Positions 55,758-64,000 of a stretch of DNA of 64,000 bases are shown here, piece after piece. The notes below the pieces were generated by a model. It saw nothing but the letters and a program-made list of their open reading frames with translations, was not told the DNA's origin and made no database searches. The position numbers and the translations under genes are program-made. The stretch comes from Dehalococcoidia bacterium. Lineage in GTDB: Bacteria; Chloroflexota; Dehalococcoidia; UBA2979. Each line of letters begins with the position of its first letter. Position 1 is the stretch's first letter. Location: NCBI GenBank assembly GCA_965262725.1, contig OZ253555.1, forward strand, positions 3,610,404-3,674,403, read 5' to 3'.

Positions 55758-58388
55758 TCAATCCGGCGTCGGGAGAATGGACTGCTGCCAGAGTGCAGAA
55801 CCTCGTCCCCAGCATGTGGGGAGACCGGCGTCGGTGATGCCGCACGTATGCTCCCGACCGGCGCTGACGGCGGTGAAGCTCCCGGGCGGCGGTGCGGCCT
55901 GCCCGTAGTGATCCCGTCCCCAGCACGTGACGGTCCCGTCGGACCGTACGCCGCACGTATGCGACTCCCCGGAGCTGATCGAGACAAACGCCCCGTCCGG
56001 GCTCGTGGTCCGGCCATCAGCGCTCGAGCCCCAGCACTCAACGGTCTCGTCGGTCCTGATGCCGCAGGTATGGTCTGCTCCGGCGCTCACGGCAGCGAAG
56101 GGACCGGGCGGCGGTGTGGCCTGTCCATGGGTGTTCCAGCCCCAGCAGGCGACAGAGCCGTCAGCCGCGATGGCGCAGCCATGGTGGTACCCGGCGGTGA
56201 CAGAGGTGAAGGTTCCGACCGGCGCCATGGTCTGTCCGCGTACGTCATCTCCCCAGCACGTGATCGTCCCGGCGATCGTGAGGCCGCACGCGTGGCGCTC
56301 CCCGGTGCTCACGGAGGTGAACGTTCCCTCCGGCGCCGTTACCCTCCCGAACATCTGCACGCCCCAGCAGTCGATGGAGCCATCGCTCTTCAGCGCGCAG
56401 GTGTAGTCCCAGCCGGCGGCGGCTGCGATGGACCGTCCAGCCGGCGCGGCGGGGTGGCCGTCCAGGTCCCCCCAGCACACGATGAAGCCGCCGGCCGTCA
56501 CTCCGCACGAGTGTGTCCATCCGGCGCTGATGGAGGCGAATCTCTGGGATGGGAGGGTGACCTGGCCGTCGCGATCCGAGCCCCAGCACACGACTGAGCC
56601 GTCGCCCTTGACGCCACAGGAATGCTCCGTGCCGGCGTTGACGGAGACGAACGTCCCGCGTGGCGGAGAGGCCTGGCCGGAGTGGTCCCAGCCCCAGCAT
56701 GCGGCGGTGCCGTCACTCCTCACGCCGCAGCTGTGACGGGTGCCGGCGCTGACCGAGGCGAATGCACCCGCGGGCGGCGACGCCTGGCCGTCGTCGTCCC
56801 AGCCCCAGCACGCGGCGGTGCCGTCGCTCCTGACGCCGCAGGAGTGTGCGCCGCCGGCGCTGACGGAGACGAACGTCCCCGGCGCCGGCGATGACTGTCC
56901 GTGTCCGTCCCAGCCCCAGCACTCGGCGGTGGCGTCGGCTCTGATCCCGCAGGTGTGGCGTCCTCCGGCGCTGATGGAGGCGAATTCCCCGTCCGGTGGT
57001 GATGCCTCTCCGTCTCGATTCGTTCCCGCGCATTCGACGGAGCCGTCGGTCCGCACGCCGCAGATATGGGACGATCCGGCGCTCACGTCCGCGAAGGGCC
57101 CAGAGCCCAGTCGCCCTCTCCCCCGGCCCCAGCACGTGACGGTCTTGTATGCACTCACACCACAGCTGCGAAAGCCGTCGACGCTGATGGAGGTGAAGGT
57201 CCCCGACGGAGGTGTGGCCTGTCCGTCGCCGTTGGCGCCCCAGCACATGACCCTACCGTCCGTGCGCAGGGCGCACGAGTGGGAATCGCCGGCGCCAACG
57301 GCGGCGAATGTCATGTGCGCCGGCGGCGTGGACCGCCCGCCTCCGTTCTGGCCCCAGCACGTCACCGATCCGTCGGTTCGAATGCCGCAGGCATGAGAGC
57401 GCCCGGCGCTGAGCGAGACGAAGTCCCCGTCTGGCGGTGAGGTTTGCCCGTCCGTGTCCCGCCCCCAGCAGGAGACGGCTCCGCCGGTCCTCACACCGCA
57501 CGAGTAGCCCGCCGCGGAGTCGACGGACACAAATGTCCCGCTCGGTGCGCGCTCCGGAATCACGCCCCAGCATGCGACCGTGCCATCGGTCCTCACGCCG
57601 CAGGTATGGACGAGACCGGCACGGACGGAGCTAAACGTCCCGCCCGGCGGCGAGGCTTGCCTGTAGTCGTCCCAGCCCCAGCAGGTGACCGTGCCGGCGG
57701 TGCTCAGCCCGCAGGCGTGATCGTAGCCGACACTCACCGAGGCGAACGGTCCCGCTGGCGGTTCGGGACTGTCCTCGCCCCAGCACGCGACGGTGCCGTC
57801 CGCTCTCAACCCGCAGGTCTGGTTGTACCCGGTGCTCACGGTCACAAACGTCCCGCCGGGCGTCGTGACGTGCCTGCTCTCACCCCAGCACGCGATGGTG
57901 CCGTCGGTCCTCACCCCGCAGGTGTGGTTCCGTGCAGCGCTGACGGTGTTGAAGGTCCCGGCGGGTGGGTCGGTCTGGCCCGAGCCCCAGCACTCGACCG
58001 TGCCCTCGGCGCGCACGCCACAGGCGTGGAAGTCGCCGACGGCGACGGAGATGAAGGCTCCCGATCGCCCACGTTCGGGCGTCGCCTCTTGGGTGGCCTG
58101 CGGGGTCTCGCTGCTCGCGGGGGTGGGCCCGGGCGTCGCCTCTTGCGTGGCCTGCCCCGCCCCTCCCGGTTGCCCAGGCACGCTCTCGCGCGGCACGGAA
58201 GCGGGCTGCGAATCGTTCGTGCAGGAGACGGAGAGTGTCAGCGCGATCGCGACAGCGAGCGCAGCAGCGACAGCTCGACGCTGCCGGACACCTCGTTCCA
58301 CGGCAGTCGTCTCCACAAAGTTGACACGCGAGAGGGAATGGTCCAACTGGCGGGCAATGTAGCAGGCCGTGCGCGCCACCGTTCTCAT
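55758..58388 (-). CDS. Lipoprotein with 21 RCC1/BLIP-II-like repeats
   Basis: Lipobox LTLSVSC; 21 copies of F.SVSAG..HTCG.R.DG...CWG...GQ..PP. True start may be GTG at 58316. Confidence 0.9.
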   Translation of the reverse strand: MRTVARTACYIARQLDHSLSRVNFVETTAVERGVRQRRAVAAALAVAIALTLSVSCTNDSQPASVPRESVPGQPGGAGQATQEATPGPTPASSETPQATQEATPERGRSGAFISVAVGDFHACGVRAEGTVECWGSGQTDPPAGTFNTVSAARNHTCGVRTDGTIACWGESRHVTTPGGTFVTVSTGYNQTCGLRADGTVACWGEDSPEPPAGPFASVSVGYDHACGLSTAGTVTCWGWDDYRQASPPGGTFSSVRAGLVHTCGVRTDGTVACWGVIPERAPSGTFVSVDSAAGYSCGVRTGGAVSCWGRDTDGQTSPPDGDFVSLSAGRSHACGIRTDGSVTCWGQNGGGRSTPPAHMTFAAVGAGDSHSCALRTDGRVMCWGANGDGQATPPSGTFTSISVDGFRSCGVSAYKTVTCWGRGRGRLGSGPFADVSAGSSHICGVRTDGSVECAGTNRDGEASPPDGEFASISAGGRHTCGIRADATAECWGWDGHGQSSPAPGTFVSVSAGGAHSCGVRSDGTAACWGWDDDGQASPPAGAFASVSAGTRHSCGVRSDGTAACWGWDHSGQASPPRGTFVSVNAGTEHSCGVKGDGSVVCWGSDRDGQVTLPSQRFASISAGWTHSCGVTAGGFIVCWGDLDGHPAAPAGRSIAAAAGWDYTCALKSDGSIDCWGVQMFGRVTAPEGTFTSVSTGERHACGLTIAGTITCWGDDVRGQTMAPVGTFTSVTAGYHHGCAIAADGSVACWGWNTHGQATPPPGPFAAVSAGADHTCGIRTDETVECWGSSADGRTTSPDGAFVSISSGESHTCGVRSDGTVTCWGRDHYGQAAPPPGSFTAVSAGREHTCGITDAGLPTCWGRGSALWQQSILPTPD

Positions 58389-61300
58389 CCCGGAGCGAAC
58401 GCTCCACGGGCGGGTTCGAGGCTGTCGTCCGCGACGTGCGGGAGCGGCCAGGCGATGTCGGCGCGGTCGGCCTCGAACGCCTCGTAGAAGTCCTCGACTG
58501 CGATGTCGAAGACGGCCTCGAAGGTCTCCTGCCAGCTCTCCGACGGGGAGAGTCGTCGTTGGTACTCGAAGATCGCCTTCTCGCCGGCCCGTTCAACGAG
58601 CCGCTCCACGGCGAAGTAGAAGAGCGGTTGGATGAGCTCGACGGGCGTTGCGGTGTAGGTGCGCTCGAACGCGGGAAGAGGCGAGGCGACACGGCGTGCG
58701 ACGCCCGCGAGCCTGCTCCGGATCTGATCGAGGGTCTCCGGGCCGGCCTCCGCGAGGAAGGCATATCGGGCGTACTCCCCGAATCCGTATCGTAGCCAGA
58801 TCGGACTCCGATCGGCAAAGCCCGCCTCTGCGCGGATTGAGGACTGGACATCGGTGTAGTGGAATCTGCCGAGGTAGCGGGCGAGTGGCCTCCCGCAGTC
58901 GAGCGTCATGACCAGCGCAAGGTTCCCCAGCCCTGTAAAGCAGAATCCCGCGTAGGGATCCTCGGCGAGCACCTTCCGGAACGCGGGAGCGGCCGACTCG
59001 TCGTCAGCGGCGACGTAGACGGTGTAGTCCGCGCCGTCGACCCCCAGGCGCTCGCTGAAGAACCGCTGTGCGCCCTCGAAGTCCGCGCGCACGGCGGCGG
59101 CGGCCTCGGGGGCGATGTCTCCCAGGAGCACGAGGACGGGTTCGTTGCGGTCGTCGGCCAGGTGCGGGATGGGTGGGGCGATTTCGTTGATATACGGCTC
59201 GACGATCTCGTAGAAGCGCTCGAGGCCGAGCCCGAAGGCCCGCTCGAACGCATGCCGCCAGCCTCGGGACGACGCAATCACCCTGTAGTAGTCCAGCAGC
59301 GCGGGTTCTCCCGCGTGCTCCGCGAGCCACTCGGCCGCGAGGAAGCCTCGTGCCTCCCACGCCGAAAGCTCGGTCGACACGGAGTGAGCTCTGGCCTGCG
59401 ACTCGATCTCGCGCAGCGACTCGCCTGCGTGCGACGCACTCGAGATGAGCACGCTGCGCAGCTGCCGGGCCATCTCCGGCTGCGCCGACGAGAGGTATGC
59501 GTAGTGGGCGTAGCTCTGTGCTCCGAGGTGGAGCCAATCAGCGCCCTGGGGATGGACGCCGTCGTATTCCGGCCTATAGGGATTCGCCCTCGGCGCGATC
59601 TGACGCTGGAAGTTCTGGAAGTGGAACCAGCCGATGTTCGAGAGCGACTCCTCACACGGCAGAATCACGAACAGCACAGTCGATAGCGCGTCGTTCAAGC
59701 AGGAGGACGGCGGACCTTCCCGGGAGAAGATGTCGCGGTACCGCCCCTCGGCTGACGCCCAGTCGGCGGCGACGTAGACGGTGTAGTCCGCTGCTCCAGC
59801 GTCGAAGCGCTCGGCGAAGAAGGCTTCCATCGCCTCAAGTCCCGCGCGAACGGCAGCCTCCGCCTCGGGCGGAACATCCCCGAGCATCACGAAACGGGGG
59901 GTGGTGCAGAAGCGCAGGCCGAGCTCGGCGGAGTCGGCGATCACCTGGCCCGTGTCCAGCGGGAGGCATCCGGTGAGCGGGTTCCCGCTGAGCCACAGTC
60001 CCCGGCTCTGCCGGAACCCGGCGAACTCGCGCGGAATCTCCCCGGTCAGCAGGTTGTCCCGGAGATCGAGGTAGGCGAGTCGCGACGTGGAGAACAGCTG
60101 CTTCGGGATCCCGCCCGTCAGCCGGTTCCCCGCGAGCTCGAGTCCCTGCAGCCGGGAGAGACCCGCGAGCGTCAGGGGGATCGTGCCCGTCAGCCGGTTG
60201 CCGGAGAGGCTCACGTTCTCCAGCGTCGAGATCGACCCGATCTCCGGAGGGATGTCGCCCGTCAGCTCGTTGTCGTCCAGCGACAGCTGCTCCAGGAAGG
60301 AGAGCTCGGCCAGCTCCGCCGGTATCTCGCCGCCGAGCTGGTTGCCGGAGAGCGAGAGCGACCGCAGGTGCGAGAGCTGGCCGAGCTCGGGCGGGATCTC
60401 CCCGGTCAGCTGGTTGCCGCCGAGCCCCAGCACGTGCAGGTGCGACAGGCGGGAGATCCCGGCCGGGATCTCGCCGTCGAGATCCTCCGAGCGAAGCCGC
60501 AGCACCGTGACACGGCGCGGCGAGCCCTCCACCGTGACGCCGCTCCAGCTCGAGATCGGCCGGTCGGCGCTCCAGTCCAGGAGGTCGCGACGGGAGGCGA
60601 GCGTGCCCGCGGCCTCCAGGAGGATCGCGCAGTCGTCGACGAGGGCCGGGTGGTCCTCGGGGTCGGGAACGGCGCCGGTCGCGCAGGCGCTCACCAGCCC
60701 CGGGTCGGGCGGCTGGACCGGCGCGTCCGCCCCATCCCGGCAGAACGGCAGCTCCCAGGAGCCGGCGAAGCGCTGCAGGCTCGGCGGGATGCAGCCGGTC
60801 ATGCGGTCCGTGCGCAGACTCAGCGAGGTGAGCTTCGAGAGCTGCCCGAGCGCCCGGGGGAAGGCACCCGTGAACCTCTCGCCCCGGACCGAGAGGTCGA
60901 GTTCCTTCAGCTGGGAGAGCTGGCCGAGCTCCGGGGGGATCTCCCCCATCACCCTGTTGTAGCCCAGGTGGAGGCGCCGGAGATTCGAAAGCTGGCCGAG
61001 CTCCGGGGGGATCGTCCCCAGCAGCCTGTTTCCGCCCAGGACCAGATCCCACAGTGCCGACAGCTGCCCGAGTTCCGGGGGAATCGGCCCCGTCAGCTGG
61101 TTGGACGAGAGCCAGAGTCCGCCCAGATTCGAGAGCTGGCCGAGCTCGGGGGGGATCTCACCGCTCAGCTCGTTGCCGAAGAGCTCCAGCAGGCGGAGAT
61201 CGGTGAGCAGGCCCAGCTCCGGCGGGATCTCGCCGGTGAGATCGCTGTTGTAGAGGCCGAGGTACTGGAGGTGCGAGAGCTGGCCGAGCACGGGCGGCAG

Positions 61301-63283
61301 CCGTCCGCCGCTCGTGGGGGCTGACGAGCCCAGCTCGGTCACGCGGGGCGGGGAGCCGGAGATGCGCACGCCACTCCACTCGGCGACCGGCCTCTCTGCC
61401 GTCCAGTCGGCCTCGGCGCCGCTCCCCAGGAGGGCGTCCCGGGCCTCCAGCAGGACCGCGCAGTCGCGGACGAGCCCGGGGTTGCCGTTCGGGAAGGGGA
61501 CCGCCACGCCGTTGGCGCAGGCGGCGAGGGCCTCATCGCCGGGCTCCCGCGGCAGCGCCGGTGGCGGGGCGGCCGGCGTTGCCGTGGCTTCTTGCGTCCA
61601 GGCCGCCGGCCACGGTCGGTCGTCGTAGAACGGACGACCCCAGCAGACGACCGACCCGTCGGCCTGCACACCGCACGTGTGTTCGCCCCCGGCGCTCACC
61701 GAGACGAACGTCCCGTCCGGGGGCGTCGCCTGGCCGTAGTCGTCGGCGCCCCAGCAGCTGACGGAGCCGCCGCGCTCCAGCGCGCACGCGTGATCCGATC
61801 CGGCGCTGAGGGAGACGTACCTCCCCTGCGGCGGCATGTTCTGGCCGTAGTCGACGGGCCACGCCTCGCCCCAGCAGGCGACGGAGCCGTCGCCCGCGAG
61901 GGCGCAGTAGTGACGGAGCCCGACGGCGACGGCGGCGAACGTCCCCTCCGGTGGCGGGAACCGGTAGGCACTATCGCTCCCCCAGCAGGCGACGGAGCCG
62001 TCGGTCTTCACGCCGCACACGTCCCACCTGCCGACGCTGACGGAGACGAACTCCCCCGGCTGCGGCGCGAGATAGCCGTAGTCGTCCGAGCCCCAGCAGG
62101 CGGCGGAGCCGTCGCTCCGCACCGCGCAGCTGCGGGTGCCCCCGGCGCTGATGGAGGCGAACTCCCCCTCCGGTGGCGTGGCCTGGCCGCTCCAGTTGAT
62201 GCCCCAGCATCTGACCGTGCCCTCGGGACTGACCCCGCAGCTGTGCCCGTACCCGCCGCTGACGGAGGTGAACTCCCCCACCGGCGGCGTGGCCTGGCCG
62301 AAATCGTTCGAGCCCCAGCAGGCGACGGAGCCGTCGGTCCGCACCGCGCAGGCGTGCCGCTTCCCGGCGCCGACCGAGGCGTACGACCCGGCCGGCGCTT
62401 CGGCCCGCGCCTGCTCGCGTCCCCAGCAGGCGACGGAGCCATCGGTCCGCGCACCGCAGCTGTGGCGCGTCCCGGCGCTGACGGAGGCGAACTCCCCCAC
62501 CGGCGGCGCGGCCTGGCCGTGCTCGTCCGCCCCCCAGCAGGCGACGGAGCCGTCGGTCCGCACGCCGCAGCTGTGATCCCAGCCGGCGGCGACGGAGGCG
62601 AACTCCCCACCGGGCGGCGTGGCCTGACCGTGCGCATTCCAGCCCCAGCACTCGACGGAGCCGTCGGTTCTCACGGCGCAGGTGTGCCAGGATCCGGTGC
62701 TCACGGCGGCGTAGCTCCCGACGGGCGGCGGCAGCCGACCGAAGTTGTTCCAGCCCCAGCACCGGAGGAGGCTCCCGGCCGTCACGGCGCAGGTGTGCCG
62801 AGCCCCCGCATCGATTGCGACGAACTCACCCTCCGGCGGCGTCGTGAGCGTGGAGTCGGGGCCGTAGTCTGCGGGATGGTGGCCGCCCCAGCACTGGACG
62901 GAGCCGTCGGGCCTCAGCCCGCACGAGTGCCGGTCGCCGGCGGCGACGGCGAGAAACGTCCCGTCCGGGGGCGAGGCCTGGCCCCGGAGGTCGAGGCCCC
63001 AGCACGCGACCGAGCCGTCGGTCCGTACCCCGCACGTGTGAAGATCGCCGGCACTCACGGAGAGGAACGTCCCGGGGGGCGGCGTGGCCTGGCCGTAGTC
63101 GTCGGCGCCCCAGCACGCCACCGAGCCATCGCTCTCCACCTGACAGCTGTGAAGACCCCCGACATCGACCGCAGGTGGTTGAGGGGAGCTGGTGCGGCAC
63201 CAGGATGCGGCGGCCAGCGTCACGACCATCGCGACGGCGAGCACGGCGAGGGCAACGCGGACTCTTCGGGTACGAACCGTCAT
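58385..63283 (-). CDS. Large secreted protein: 14 RCC1-like repeats, two plant-type LRR blocks, two gluzincin-like domains
   Basis: Signal peptide; 14 CWG repeats; 24-aa LxxLxLxxNxLTGEIPPELGQL repeats with DC..LL...W......WSGV caps; duplicated C-terminal unit. Confidence 0.92.
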   Translation of the reverse strand: MTVRTRRVRVALAVLAVAMVVTLAAASWCRTSSPQPPAVDVGGLHSCQVESDGSVACWGADDYGQATPPPGTFLSVSAGDLHTCGVRTDGSVACWGLDLRGQASPPDGTFLAVAAGDRHSCGLRPDGSVQCWGGHHPADYGPDSTLTTPPEGEFVAIDAGARHTCAVTAGSLLRCWGWNNFGRLPPPVGSYAAVSTGSWHTCAVRTDGSVECWGWNAHGQATPPGGEFASVAAGWDHSCGVRTDGSVACWGADEHGQAAPPVGEFASVSAGTRHSCGARTDGSVACWGREQARAEAPAGSYASVGAGKRHACAVRTDGSVACWGSNDFGQATPPVGEFTSVSGGYGHSCGVSPEGTVRCWGINWSGQATPPEGEFASISAGGTRSCAVRSDGSAACWGSDDYGYLAPQPGEFVSVSVGRWDVCGVKTDGSVACWGSDSAYRFPPPEGTFAAVAVGLRHYCALAGDGSVACWGEAWPVDYGQNMPPQGRYVSLSAGSDHACALERGGSVSCWGADDYGQATPPDGTFVSVSAGGEHTCGVQADGSVVCWGRPFYDDRPWPAAWTQEATATPAAPPPALPREPGDEALAACANGVAVPFPNGNPGLVRDCAVLLEARDALLGSGAEADWTAERPVAEWSGVRISGSPPRVTELGSSAPTSGGRLPPVLGQLSHLQYLGLYNSDLTGEIPPELGLLTDLRLLELFGNELSGEIPPELGQLSNLGGLWLSSNQLTGPIPPELGQLSALWDLVLGGNRLLGTIPPELGQLSNLRRLHLGYNRVMGEIPPELGQLSQLKELDLSVRGERFTGAFPRALGQLSKLTSLSLRTDRMTGCIPPSLQRFAGSWELPFCRDGADAPVQPPDPGLVSACATGAVPDPEDHPALVDDCAILLEAAGTLASRRDLLDWSADRPISSWSGVTVEGSPRRVTVLRLRSEDLDGEIPAGISRLSHLHVLGLGGNQLTGEIPPELGQLSHLRSLSLSGNQLGGEIPAELAELSFLEQLSLDDNELTGDIPPEIGSISTLENVSLSGNRLTGTIPLTLAGLSRLQGLELAGNRLTGGIPKQLFSTSRLAYLDLRDNLLTGEIPREFAGFRQSRGLWLSGNPLTGCLPLDTGQVIADSAELGLRFCTTPRFVMLGDVPPEAEAAVRAGLEAMEAFFAERFDAGAADYTVYVAADWASAEGRYRDIFSREGPPSSCLNDALSTVLFVILPCEESLSNIGWFHFQNFQRQIAPRANPYRPEYDGVHPQGADWLHLGAQSYAHYAYLSSAQPEMARQLRSVLISSASHAGESLREIESQARAHSVSTELSAWEARGFLAAEWLAEHAGEPALLDYYRVIASSRGWRHAFERAFGLGLERFYEIVEPYINEIAPPIPHLADDRNEPVLVLLGDIAPEAAAAVRADFEGAQRFFSERLGVDGADYTVYVAADDESAAPAFRKVLAEDPYAGFCFTGLGNLALVMTLDCGRPLARYLGRFHYTDVQSSIRAEAGFADRSPIWLRYGFGEYARYAFLAEAGPETLDQIRSRLAGVARRVASPLPAFERTYTATPVELIQPLFYFAVERLVERAGEKAIFEYQRRLSPSESWQETFEAVFDIAVEDFYEAFEADRADIAWPLPHVADDSLEPARGAFAPG

Positions 63284-64000
63284 CGCAGCGCCCTATCACG
63301 GAGCGTGCGCCAGACGCCGGTCACGGGGCCGCACTGCGTGGGCGCGGTTCGGGGGGAGAGCCCGCCGCCGGGGCCGATGCCGCGGACCGGAGCGGCTGGG
63401 GGCTGCGGCGACCCCTGCCGGGAGCGCCGCGCGCCGGCATCTGTGCGGCCGCTCCTCGCCTGGCGTGGTTCCGCTCCCGGCTTCACGCTGGCTCCTTCCC
63501 GGGCGCGCCCGGTCAGAGCTGTTCTCATGAGAGCCTTATGCCGCGGGGCGTCCGAACGTTTCCGGCCAGACAATAGCGGGACGGGGCACGGCGCACCCGG
63601 GTCACGCCCGCGTCGTGCCGTAACCGCCGTGACCAGCGCCCGTCGACCATCTCCGAGGCGAGCAGGAGGGCCGCGATGGCGCCCGCCCGACCGGGCCGGG
63701 TCAGCCCCCCGCCGGGAGTCACCGGGTCTCTCCCCGGCTGCCCCGGCCGGCTCCCCGGCGGACGTGACCGGCGCCGCTTCTCGGGACTGTTCACAGAACG
63801 GCCCGTCCGGCAGCCGAGCATCGCCCCGGCCAGATCGGCGTCGCCTGCGGTGCGCGCGCTCCCCACCTCACGGGGCTCCCTCCCGAGCGCGCCGGCTGCT
63901 GCGCCCCTTCTCGCAGGGTTGGACGCCGGATGACGCTCGACCGACGGATGATCTGCGACTTCGAGACTACTGGTCCGGACGGGTCCGTGTTCCGACTCGG

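Noticed and set aside
55758-63283. Diversity-generating retroelement target
   Set aside because: No reverse transcriptase in the window and no template/variable repeat pair differing only at adenines was seen.
63284-64000. Riboswitch or gene upstream of the RCC1-LRR gene
   Set aside because: No recognisable RNA motif or credible ORF; left unannotated.

Overview
High-GC bacterial window. The gene set (FBP aldolase/phosphatase, DUF1122, SWIM micro-protein, holB-ricT, plant-type LRR and RCC1 repeat proteins) suggests a Chloroflexota/Dehalococcoidia-like organism, possibly host-associated; this is an inference. Positions 1-36 kb are mostly housekeeping genes (scpB, thpR, fabF, folC, fbp, rdgB, moaAC, tsaD, CIRCE-groES-groEL, K+ channel, fhs, M16 peptidase, mutY, lysA, holB, ricT, rhodanese). 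They are interrupted by an IS5 carrying a nested IS21, a second IS5-family element and two tRNA 3'-end scars. Positions 36-64 kb are accessory and partly decaying: a 16-bp x10 tandem repeat, a His/Gly/Glu-rich lipoprotein, an IS21 joining two different truncated genes, and a toxin-antitoxin island. The island holds two intact vapBC pairs and an intact Gp49/RelE toxin-HTH antitoxin-SecB-like chaperone (TAC) operon. After it come several pseudogenes, another IS5 and two large secreted RCC1-repeat proteins, one fused to plant-type LRRs and degenerate metallopeptidase-like domains. The TAC operon and the RCC1/LRR locus are the strongest candidates for new biology. All calls come from reading the sequence and ORF translations by eye; no database searches were run.
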